Source: Alphaproteobacteria bacterium
GTDB lineage: Bacteria > Pseudomonadota > Alphaproteobacteria > Micavibrionales > Micavibrionaceae
Reading direction: 5' to 3'
DNA length: 64,000 bases
Assembly: GCA_028282385.1 (NCBI GenBank)
Contig: JANQIB010000098.1
Location: 4,502-68,501, forward strand
The notes beneath the pieces were generated by a model. It saw only the letters and a list, made by a program, of their open reading frames with translations. It did not search any database and was not told where the DNA came from. The translations under genes were made by a program, and so were the position numbers. Each line of letters opens with the position of its first letter. The stretch's first letter is position 1. Positions 18,765 through 26,655 of the stretch are shown here, piece by piece.

Positions 18765-19607
18765 TTAAACAGGGGTTTCGTCACAATCGATAACGACAAT
18801 TCCTGTATCATCGACAAGAGCAGCGCCCTGACTCATCATATTGTTGACGAAATGCGCCGCACGATCTCCATGCCAGGTTACATCTGTTTGAACATCAGAA
18901 CCTGACGCATGGCCGATAGCCGTTTTGTGATAATAGAAACAGGAACGCACACCACCAGCATCTACCGGAAGTCCGGAATGCGGGATCCAGATCGTTCCAA
19001 GCCACATCTTGGCCTGTGTGATACTTGAATATGGAAGCTCCGTATTGCCAATATAGTCAGCATTGACGAACTCTTCGATTTGCAGCAAATCGCTCCATTG
19101 TTTCCAGCCGACGACTGCAAAACGCTGACCGTCATCCGGAACATCGGTATCCCCGAAAATTTCAAATGCTTCGAGGACTTTATCTTTCGTCAGACCAGTA
19201 TTCGCATCGGCAATTGTATTCGTAGACGCCGTTGCAAGCGCATCAATAACCAACTCATCGGTTTTACGGCCCAGCGCATGTGCACCGGCAGACGCAATCA
19301 CCTGACGTTCGTCATGGTTAATTTTCAGCTCATCCATTTTATCAACCCAGTCACCGGCATAAAAATCTTCAAGCAGACATTCAATGCTGGAGTGAGCCAG
19401 GTTCATCACAGGAACCATTCCGTGTGTTGACTTGGTCGAAGCCGTTCCCTTACCGACTTTTTGGAAAGTCGTTGAGGCGCCTTTAACATTGCCGACAGTA
19501 CGCACAGTGTTCCTAAGCTTGGACCCCTGGCGTTGATAGGCTTCGTGCACTTCGCGCTCGAACTGCTTGACGAAGGCCTGATCAATAGTGACAGACATAT
19601 TCTTCAC
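18765..19607 (-). CDS. major capsid protein (T7 gp10-like, short form)
   Basis: 280 aa. FVKQFEREVHEAYQRQGSKLRNTVRTVGNVKGASTTFQKVGKGTA mirrors the gp10 pattern F..EV..A....L...VR...G...F...G...A. The late YYHKTAIGHASG resembles FMHRSAVG. Confidence 0.7.
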   Translation of the reverse strand: MKNMSVTIDQAFVKQFEREVHEAYQRQGSKLRNTVRTVGNVKGASTTFQKVGKGTASTKSTHGMVPVMNLAHSSIECLLEDFYAGDWVDKMDELKINHDERQVIASAGAHALGRKTDELVIDALATASTNTIADANTGLTKDKVLEAFEIFGDTDVPDDGQRFAVVGWKQWSDLLQIEEFVNADYIGNTELPYSSITQAKMWLGTIWIPHSGLPVDAGGVRSCFYYHKTAIGHASGSDVQTDVTWHGDRAAHFVNNMMSQGAALVDDTGIVVIDCDETPV

Positions 19608-19926
19608 CTTTCGTAAAAGTTAAAATTTAGAGAAGTTCAGTTGCACGGGACTTTGGGTTGGCAGCCAGCAAATGCGACCGGCCCGTCACGGCAAACAGGT
19701 CTGCCCACAGGCGGCAATCATCTCAAAGAAGAGAAAAACCGTTTTCTGATCAGCAGATATAAATAGGGAAAAACCGCTACGTCGGCGGAATGGCAGAAGC
19801 CAAAAAGACGCAGTTATGGCGTTGATAACTCTACTTATAGGAATAATTTCTTATTTTGTCAAGAAATAAATTGCATTTTTTGCAAAAATCTTTATATATA
19901 TACATAATTAAAGATGGAGAGAGAAA

Positions 19927-20313
19927 ATGTTTACATCCCTCGCACGCGTCCTGAAAACAAGGGACTTTGAAAATCAGGCATCGAACCGTCGCATCGCGCC
20001 CCGGCGTGAGGTCGACCAGTGCGTTGGCATGATTGAGGGCAAAAACTATCCGGTCGAAAACTGGAGCGATACGGGCATACTCTTTGCCGGTAACGATAAA
20101 CTCTTTTCAATCGGAGAACCAAAATCCATCGACCTGAAATTTAAACTTGCCGAAAAAGTGATTACAGTTTCGCACCGGGGTAAGATCGTCCGCAAAGCCA
20201 AAAATAAATTTGCGATCGAATTTGAACCTCTCACCCGTGATATTCAAAACAAATTTCAACAAATCGTCGACGATTTCGTCACCCAGGAATTTGCCGACTC
20301 TCAGATGGTTTAG
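19927..20313 (+). CDS. PilZ domain protein (c-di-GMP receptor candidate)
   Basis: 128 aa. RRIAPRRE fits the RxxxR motif and NWSDTG fits the D/NxSxxG motif with appropriate spacing. It is on the opposite strand to the phage genes and has an AT-rich upstream region. Confidence 0.7.
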   Translation: MFTSLARVLKTRDFENQASNRRIAPRREVDQCVGMIEGKNYPVENWSDTGILFAGNDKLFSIGEPKSIDLKFKLAEKVITVSHRGKIVRKAKNKFAIEFEPLTRDIQNKFQQIVDDFVTQEFADSQMV

Positions 20314-20536
20314 TTTCCTCTCTAATCATCCGTCCCGTGGCATCGAAGATTGGTTTTTCTTTTGGAAGAGGCGGCGTGTCTTCGCTTTCCTCAAACGCGA
20401 AAGTGCCGTTTGAAGTAAAGACGGAGTTGCTTTCACTGCGCTCAACCCTGCCCGTTTCGGCAGGACTATTGGCATCAGCTTGTTGTTTTGCCTTTAACGT
20501 TTCAAGCGCCCCAGCACCAGATGCCCCGGTCTTGTT
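20279..20536 (-). pseudogene. orphan fragment of the 669-aa gene (central region through PPLPKEKPIFDATGRMIR), without a start codon
   Basis: Hand translation gives NKTGASGAGALETLKAKQQADANSPAETGRVERSESNSVFTSNGTFAFEESEDTPPLPKEKPIFDATGRMIREETKPSESRQIPG*. It is preceded by an in-frame TAA and has no ATG. Confidence 0.8.
20322..20512. repeat. direct repeat copy A (191 bp, 8 mismatches versus copy B)
   Basis: Aligned by eye against 22160..22350. There are no indels and the offset is 1838 bp. Confidence 0.9.
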
Positions 20537-20566
20537 TTATACCTAATTATTACTTATTCTACATTT

Positions 20567-21007
20567 ATGTTCAGAATAATTTTTATTGCTCTTGTGTTTT
20601 TTTCTTCTGCTACGCAAGCTGCAGAAGATTTCTGGGACAAACCGCCACACCCTAACGGGTGGTATGGTTATGATGAAACACTCCCTGATCTGCTGAACAT
20701 CAAAGGCTTAACCTACCATGAGGCAAGGCCCATTATCATTGGTGCCGGCTGGGAACCATTGCAAACTCTTCAGGAGGGCACACATGATTACGAACAAGGT
20801 ATAACCCTGTCCGGAGATGGCCCAAAGTTTTGGAACAAAAGTTATTATGAACTGCAAACATGCACTGGATCAGGTATGGCATACTGTGCTTTTCTTTTCC
20901 AAAACAAAAATGGCGACCGGCTTCGTATCGTAACTAAATATGAAGAGCATGAAGAATATTCATCTTTTGCTAAAGTCGCAGGCTACAGATTTATGCCCCA
21001 AGACTAA
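20567..21007 (+). CDS. secreted hypothetical protein
   Basis: 146 aa with the signal peptide MFRIIFIALVFFSSATQAAE. The gene is AT-rich and on the opposite strand. Confidence 0.5.
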   Translation: MFRIIFIALVFFSSATQAAEDFWDKPPHPNGWYGYDETLPDLLNIKGLTYHEARPIIIGAGWEPLQTLQEGTHDYEQGITLSGDGPKFWNKSYYELQTCTGSGMAYCAFLFQNKNGDRLRIVTKYEEHEEYSSFAKVAGYRFMPQD

Positions 21008-21204
21008 TTTTTCTCCAGAAAATCCTTTAAAGTTTTGAAATCAGTCAGCGCTTTATTGTTTAAAACGCCATCATAACGACTTTTATTTGAAGCATCTGGT
21101 GGAAGTGATGCCCATTCACTGGCTAATTCTTCTATCAATTTTTTCGTGCTGATTTTACCGGATTTATATTTATCAAACCCTCTGTATTCCAAAAGCCTAT
21201 ACAC
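21004..21204 (-). CDS. small ORF resembling the C-terminal part of a lambda-R-type (GH104) lytic transglycosylase; probably a gene remnant
   Basis: LASEWASLPPDASNKSRYDG..NKALTDFKTLKDFLE compared with lambda R CSNIWASLPGAGYGQFEHKADSLIAKFKEAGG. The N-terminal catalytic part is absent. Confidence 0.3.
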   Translation of the reverse strand: MYRLLEYRGFDKYKSGKISTKKLIEELASEWASLPPDASNKSRYDGVLNNKALTDFKTLKDFLEKN

Positions 21205-21252
21205 TTCATATCTTTGATAAAAAAGACAGCCTAAAAATCAGCGGTACACTTT

Positions 21253-21453
21253 CTAGTAAGCTAAAAACAATCCCACAACTATTGCTAAAACCATAAGGCT
21301 CAGAATACATCCGGTAAAGGCTCCTAGAAAAACACCTCGCCAAACAGGTTCCTGTTTCCTTGCAAAAGAAACACAACCGACTAACGCCCCTACAACCATC
21401 AAGAAGAAGAGAAAGAAAGCCGTTAACATTTCAATATCAAAAGAGCCATCCAT
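21253..21453 (-). CDS. two-TM small membrane protein directly downstream of the 669-aa gene (immunity-like candidate)
   Basis: 66 aa with two hydrophobic helices (FFLFFLMVVGALVGCVSF and GAFTGCILSLMVLAIVVGLFLAY). The gap after the upstream stop is 12 nt. Confidence 0.45.
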   Translation of the reverse strand: MDGSFDIEMLTAFFLFFLMVVGALVGCVSFARKQEPVWRGVFLGAFTGCILSLMVLAIVVGLFLAY

Positions 21454-21465
21454 ATTCTGAAACCC

Positions 21466-23475
21466 TTATTTGTTTTCTTCAGCATCCTCCCATGTTAGTC
21501 TTGGATTTACAAGCTCGCCTCCTTTGATCTGGACAGTACCTGTCACTTTTTGTTGCCATTGAGAGTTTATATCAAAACTTTTTGCGCGCCCTTCTTTTTC
21601 AAGAATGGTGGCCCCTCCTCCTCCACTTTGCAAAGGGTCAAAATTGTATTTATCTGTCCATTGATGAGTGACCGTACCATCAATCAAAATAGTATTTCCT
21701 TTTCTTTTTACTTTAAAGTCACCTCCAGACTTAACAGAACTTGTTCCTGTTGCCAAAGCTTCATCCAAATCCCCCTTCAAAAGATGACTTCTGGATAGAT
21801 CTGCATTACGAATCATCGTTTTAATTGGAAAATTTCCAACTTTATAATCCCAATTATCTTTCACTTCCATTACTTCATCCTCTTTCATATTTAACAATTT
21901 AGAGCCTATACCTTTCTTGTCTGTGAAAGATTTTGTGAATCTATCTCGGTTAACTCTTTCTCCATTACGCACAAAAAGCTTTTCACGAACCTGATCTCGA
22001 CTAAGCGCCTTATCTTCTCCTGATCCGTCTAAAAAATGCTCCAGATTATCTGCCGCTTCATTTAAACCTTTTTTATGTCCTTGATCTACATATTCTCTAT
22101 AAACATTTTCAATTGTGTCCAAATATTTTTCTTTATCGTAGCCTCCAAGCTCCTCCTTCCTAATCATCCTTCCCGTAGCATCGAAGATTGGTTTTTCCTT
22201 TGGAAGAGGCGGCGTGTCTTCGCTTTTCTCAAACGCGAAAGTGCTGTTTGACGTGAAGACGGAGTTGCTTTCACTGCGCTCAACCCTGCCCGTTTCGGCA
22301 AGACTATTGGCATCAGCTTGTTGTTTTGCCTTTAACGTTTCAAGCGCCCCGGACGGTCCGCCCGTTTCACCGCCGCCGTCAAACAGGCCAGACGCCGCAC
22401 TGCCCAAACTCCCGGCCAGCCCCTGCGCCGCCTGTGCCCCCGATGCAACGGCAGGCAGGATTTCATTGATTTTGGTCAGCACATCACCGTCGCTCTCCAG
22501 AGCGTCTTTCGTATTAAAGAAAGCCTGCGTGCCGCTTAAGGCCTGGGATGCAATCCCGGCAATCGGCCCGCCAACCGCGCTCAATCCCATCGAAACAACA
22601 GGCGCAAAGGCGTTAATCTTATCCGCTGTTGAACCTTCACCTTTAACGGCATCGATAACACCTTTAACAAAAGACGCAGCTTGAGCAAAAGCTTGCTGTG
22701 TTTTTTCCTCGCCTTGCAGGCGCATAACATTTTTTATAGCTTCAATACCCTGCTCCGTCTCACCGCCCGGGTGAACCAGTCCATCCTCTTTCAGACCCAG
22801 TTGACGTTGAATATTCTTAATAGCATCGCTCGTTTCCCGGTCAAGAAAGCCTGTCGGGTCACTGAGTTTATCTTTTGGCAAAAGTCCAAACTCTCCCAGC
22901 CTGCCCTGAAGGCCGATCACATCACGCTTGCCATTTTCAAGGTTATTTCCAACAGGACCTAAAAGTATGGGTTCCCTGACATTTATCAGGATATCGTCAT
23001 CTTCTTCAAAACCATTTTCCGGCTCACGTGGGAGATAACCGTTTTCTAAAATACGATCATACCAACCAGTAATACCTTCATCCAAATCATCATCTTGTTT
23101 TTCCATGGTGCGCAACGGTGGTGGTTTATCCGTATCAAGCATAATTGAATGATGTGGCTCATCGAATTGTGTAGATTCGTCTGCCTCAAGTGTCTGCATT
23201 GTCTCCCCATCTGGCTTGATGATCCCGTCAACTTTCAAGCCCTTATCTTTTTGATATTGTTTGATACCATCGAACAGTGCTTCGTCCGTATAGGGCGTGA
23301 TGCCGTAATCGGGGAGATCGTAATAACCGCGCGAGCGTAAAGCGTCTTTAATTTTCAAAACATCTCTACCGCGCGCCGCGCTATTGGAAGAAATAATATT
23401 ACTTATTCTTAACATTGAAAAAAACCTCTTAAAAAAATCCCCCGCGCAGGGAATGCGCGAGGGGAAGTTGCTCAT
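21466..23475 (-). CDS. modular protein: two peptidoglycan-binding modules, a Gly/Ala-rich region, a PPLPKEKPIF junction and a ~230-aa C-terminal domain of unknown function
   Basis: 669-aa ORF. An AAGAGG Shine-Dalgarno favours the internal ATG at 23415 (649 aa). The PG_binding_1-like segments are GRDVLKIKDALRSRGYYDLPDYGI..ALFDGIKQYQKDKGLKVDGIIKPDGET and PVGNNLENGKRDVIGLQGRLGEFG...SDAIKNIQRQLGLKEDGLVHPGGETE. Confidence 0.65.
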   Translation of the reverse strand: MSNFPSRIPCAGDFFKRFFSMLRISNIISSNSAARGRDVLKIKDALRSRGYYDLPDYGITPYTDEALFDGIKQYQKDKGLKVDGIIKPDGETMQTLEADESTQFDEPHHSIMLDTDKPPPLRTMEKQDDDLDEGITGWYDRILENGYLPREPENGFEEDDDILINVREPILLGPVGNNLENGKRDVIGLQGRLGEFGLLPKDKLSDPTGFLDRETSDAIKNIQRQLGLKEDGLVHPGGETEQGIEAIKNVMRLQGEEKTQQAFAQAASFVKGVIDAVKGEGSTADKINAFAPVVSMGLSAVGGPIAGIASQALSGTQAFFNTKDALESDGDVLTKINEILPAVASGAQAAQGLAGSLGSAASGLFDGGGETGGPSGALETLKAKQQADANSLAETGRVERSESNSVFTSNSTFAFEKSEDTPPLPKEKPIFDATGRMIRKEELGGYDKEKYLDTIENVYREYVDQGHKKGLNEAADNLEHFLDGSGEDKALSRDQVREKLFVRNGERVNRDRFTKSFTDKKGIGSKLLNMKEDEVMEVKDNWDYKVGNFPIKTMIRNADLSRSHLLKGDLDEALATGTSSVKSGGDFKVKRKGNTILIDGTVTHQWTDKYNFDPLQSGGGGATILEKEGRAKSFDINSQWQQKVTGTVQIKGGELVNPRLTWEDAEENK
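22160..22350. repeat. direct repeat copy B (inside the 669-aa gene, codons ~375-439)
   Basis: See copy A at 20322..20512. Confidence 0.9.
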
Positions 23476-23480
23476 GAAAA

Positions 23481-24116
23481 TTAACTATAGAGTTTCTGGA
23501 AGCCTTCTGTGACCTTGGCAATGAAAGACGGATCTTTATCTCTCCAGTAACGCGGATCGCGCATCATCGATTGCAAGTCGAGCTCGGCGCCGTCTGGGCC
23601 ACTTTCGCCTTTAGAAGTCTCTAGACCAGGCTCCTCACCCTTCATCATATTATGAAGTGCGAGTATGCCCTCAAAGGAGCTGGCCAACGTATCGAGGACA
23701 TCCTCAGGCAGTTGTTTTTGACCAAAGGCTAAAAGCTGCCGTGACATTTCAGCCCATTTTTCGGGCCCACCAAAATGGTTGACAAGTTTTTCAATTTCCC
23801 GGTCAGCTTCGTAATCGGAAGCCATTTGAACAATCATCGGCACCATTTTTTCTGCTGCCAAATCGTAGATAAACTGCACTTGATCTTGGGTAAATCCTTT
23901 CTGATGAAGCCGTTCATTCAACTCCTCATCAGCATCAAACAGACCGTGCTTACAATCCACACAATATTCTTTGGCGCTTTTGGGAGGCCGGGGCTGACGT
24001 GAAAATCTCTGTTCAAGTTCGTTATAAGATTTTACAAGGTTATCAAGATTTACATTACCTGTTTCCGGATCTTTAAACTTTTCCGGAACAGAAGTTTCTA
24101 AAAGTGTTTCAGTCAT
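23481..24116 (-). CDS. capsid assembly scaffolding protein
   Basis: 211 aa. VPEKFKDPETGNVNLDNLVKSYNELE is the typical podovirus scaffold N-terminus. The protein is acidic and helical and lies downstream of the portal gene. Confidence 0.65.
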   Translation of the reverse strand: MTETLLETSVPEKFKDPETGNVNLDNLVKSYNELEQRFSRQPRPPKSAKEYCVDCKHGLFDADEELNERLHQKGFTQDQVQFIYDLAAEKMVPMIVQMASDYEADREIEKLVNHFGGPEKWAEMSRQLLAFGQKQLPEDVLDTLASSFEGILALHNMMKGEEPGLETSKGESGPDGAELDLQSMMRDPRYWRDKDPSFIAKVTEGFQKLYS

Positions 24117-24146
24117 TATTTTCTCCTTTGATTGAAATATTAAAAT

Positions 24147-24428
24147 TTATGAATTCCGGCCACGGTCAATCATGCGCATGATGGTAGCAACCAAGGTACG
24201 CTGCCCTTCGGAAAAACGAATTTGTTCATCCGGCGTTGAGCCGCCCTGAGCGCGCTGAAATGTTATCACCTGGAGCCAGGCCAGTGCTTTTTTGCCATCT
24301 TCCGTAGAAAAGGTTCGGGTCAAAATCCGTTCGATTTCTTTTTGCTCAAGGCGTGACACATGAGCCGTATAGGTAAGCCCCTTTACGGCTTCTGATAAAT
24401 CTGATCTTCGCTTATGAAATAGTCTCAT
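24147..24428 (-). CDS. small conserved phage protein following the portal gene
   Basis: 93 aa. The start overlaps the portal stop by 17 nt. It has a FSTEDGKKALAWL...EGQRTLVATIMRMI pattern. Confidence 0.4.
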   Translation of the reverse strand: MRLFHKRRSDLSEAVKGLTYTAHVSRLEQKEIERILTRTFSTEDGKKALAWLQVITFQRAQGGSTPDEQIRFSEGQRTLVATIMRMIDRGRNS

Positions 24429-25944
24429 TTTGCACCTCCTGTGTTGGTATAATTTCGGATAGAGGAATTTCTTTTTGAATTAAATCACTTGGTACACCCA
24501 GCGCCTCTCCAAGAAATTGGGCCGCCCTTGGCATATTGACGCTCAGAGCTGCTTGAGGCCCCATAGCAATCACTGATTCAATCCATGTGAGAGTATTTTG
24601 AACGGATCGTTGCCCTTGAGCACGAGCAAGCGGCGAACGATAATCCAGAACAACATAACGGCCATCAAGCGCAATGTCAGGAATTTCACCGCGCCTTTTC
24701 AGAATATTGAAAGCTCTTTTCACAAGCGGCGTTAAAAGCTCTGATTGTAAGCGGCCATAAGTCGCTCCCAAGATCAGCGCCATTTCGGCTGAACGCTCAA
24801 GCACTTCAGTTGCCGTCATACGCCGGTCGTTCATTTGGCCTAACTTATCAGCCAATAAAGCATGGCGAATCCGGCTACGCAGATCATTCAGAACAAGTTC
24901 GGATACATCAAAACGCGCCGGCATTTCCAAAGGCTTCAACCCTTGTGAACCCACGGCTTTGGGAATAATAGCTCCCGGAACCAGTTCAATATTTGCTGGA
25001 TTCAAAACCCCGTCATCATCAGCCTGCCAAATTCCTGTTACAGAAATTGAAGCATTTTTAAGAATAAGTTCAACAACCTTATTGGCTGTCTTGATATCTG
25101 GTAAAGCTTTCATCACTGGAGAACGTCCGTAGATCTCTCCCGGCGATTTCATCCAGCGAAAAGAAATTGCCGGATTATCACCAAATCGGCCTTGTGCTAA
25201 AAGCGCATTCTGGCCCCCCTCAAAAAGAAGCGCAGTATAATTATATACGCCTTCTTCTGGCAGAATAAATTCTAGAACCTTAAAGCGTGATTGCGTATCT
25301 TTTTCACCACTACCTATTATTGACGGCGAAATAACGGCAAAAGGATAGCGTGATTTTATTTGTGTTAGCGTGAGTTCGATTTCACGGAATATCGTATCAA
25401 GAAACCCATTTTCGCCTTCTTCTAAAACAGCATTTTGCAGTGGAACAGCCGAAAATTTAAAGGCAGATAAAGATCCTGGCTCCGCCTCTTCAAACATAAG
25501 TGTTGCGGTTCCGCCAACAACAAGATCCAGGAAACATTGGTGCAGCTCAACGCTAAAATTTGAATGATCAAAATGATCTTGAATAATCTTAGCACTCTCT
25601 TCCAGGACTGGCGCCAGCTTTTCAGCTTCCGCCGGAGACAGATCAGGTCCTGGCTTAAAACCAAACCATTGTGTCCAGGGAGGTGTTAAATTACCCAGTA
25701 AACTTGCTGCAAGCTGATCAACCGCATCCAGCGCCGTACCATCATAAAGTTTGTCTGTACGCTTTCCGCCTATAACAGATGACCCAATAAAATCACCGCG
25801 CTGGGGCAGAGCATAGTCGTAGCATTCCTGCCAGTGTGTTTTCCAAGTGTTATGGCGCTCTCGTGATTTATTATAACGTTCTATTAAATCACTATAATCT
25901 TTCAAATTGTCCTGGCGGTGTTGCTCTAAATTAACATTATTCAT
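24412..25944 (-). CDS. portal (head-to-tail connector, T7 gp8-like)
   Basis: 510 aa, positioned upstream of the scaffold gene. The N-terminal helical YNKSRERHNTWKTHWQECYDYALPQR pattern is typical of podovirus connectors. Confidence 0.7.
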   Translation of the reverse strand: MNNVNLEQHRQDNLKDYSDLIERYNKSRERHNTWKTHWQECYDYALPQRGDFIGSSVIGGKRTDKLYDGTALDAVDQLAASLLGNLTPPWTQWFGFKPGPDLSPAEAEKLAPVLEESAKIIQDHFDHSNFSVELHQCFLDLVVGGTATLMFEEAEPGSLSAFKFSAVPLQNAVLEEGENGFLDTIFREIELTLTQIKSRYPFAVISPSIIGSGEKDTQSRFKVLEFILPEEGVYNYTALLFEGGQNALLAQGRFGDNPAISFRWMKSPGEIYGRSPVMKALPDIKTANKVVELILKNASISVTGIWQADDDGVLNPANIELVPGAIIPKAVGSQGLKPLEMPARFDVSELVLNDLRSRIRHALLADKLGQMNDRRMTATEVLERSAEMALILGATYGRLQSELLTPLVKRAFNILKRRGEIPDIALDGRYVVLDYRSPLARAQGQRSVQNTLTWIESVIAMGPQAALSVNMPRAAQFLGEALGVPSDLIQKEIPLSEIIPTQEVQNETIS

Positions 25945-25948
25945 ATTT

Positions 25949-26224
25949 TTACTCTCCTAATAAACTTTTTCGTGATGGCGCCTCATCCGATAACCCAAGC
26001 ACCCCCCTAAACCCGCTTAAAATTGTTCCAATACGGCTACGGTCACGCCTTAAAAGATTCTGCGTTCGGTTTTCAGATTTTTGTTCATCAGTTAAAACTG
26101 TCGTATCTTCAGCTTCACTTGAAGTATTTGAAGATTCTACCGTTGTCTCTGTTGATGTATTTTGCGGCACATAAACTATTTGAGGCTGCGTAGGGGCCCG
26201 CGGGGTTATGCTTCTACTTCCCAT
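25949..26224 (-). CDS. small Ser/Thr-rich phage protein
   Basis: 91 aa. The C-terminal RRDRSRIGTILSGFRGVLG...KSLLGE resembles the RRGR.STILT motif of small podovirus virion proteins. Confidence 0.35.
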   Translation of the reverse strand: MGSRSITPRAPTQPQIVYVPQNTSTETTVESSNTSSEAEDTTVLTDEQKSENRTQNLLRRDRSRIGTILSGFRGVLGLSDEAPSRKSLLGE

Positions 26225-26235
26225 TTTTTTTCTCC

Positions 26236-26655
26236 TTATACTGTTTCGAATTGAAATGATTTCACCTGTTTAAGGTGTTTATAGAGCTGCCAAGGCGTAT
26301 AAATCAGGCGCTTATGAACGCCTATCAAACGTTTTACAGCCTCAACGCACGTAAAAATCATAAACGGCGCAGGCTTTTTTAGATCTCTGCAGATCGGTGT
26401 TGAAAGGACTGTTTGGCCTTGTTGCTCAAGCCAGCCCGGTAAATCAAAGTTGATCGGCACATGATGATGGATTGCCACTTCAGTCAGATGAGATAAAGGA
26501 TCTATACTCGCCCAACGCTTTCCATCATTCAGCAATACATAGCAATGGCGAAATCCGGGTTTTAAAATCTTAAGCCAGCCAATATCTGTCCGTCCGCTAA
26601 AGACAACCCAGGCCTTCTGGTTCAACAAAAACTTATCAGAATAATCATCACTCAT
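26236..26655 (-). CDS. hypothetical protein (second gene of the cluster)
   Basis: The ORF opens at 26712. The ATG at 26655 (MSDDYSDKF) overlaps the upstream stop (TATGAGTGA), which indicates translational coupling. Confidence 0.45.
   Translation of the reverse strand: MSDDYSDKFLLNQKAWVVFSGRTDIGWLKILKPGFRHCYVLLNDGKRWASIDPLSHLTEVAIHHHVPINFDLPGWLEQQGQTVLSTPICRDLKKPAPFMIFTCVEAVKRLIGVHKRLIYTPWQLYKHLKQVKSFQFETV

Noticed and set aside
20337-20546. A pair of similar small plus-strand ORFs (20337..20546 and 22214..22684) that look like paralogous genes.
   Set aside because: They are the antisense reading of the 191-bp direct repeat. The coding sense is the minus strand, in frame with the 669-aa gene.
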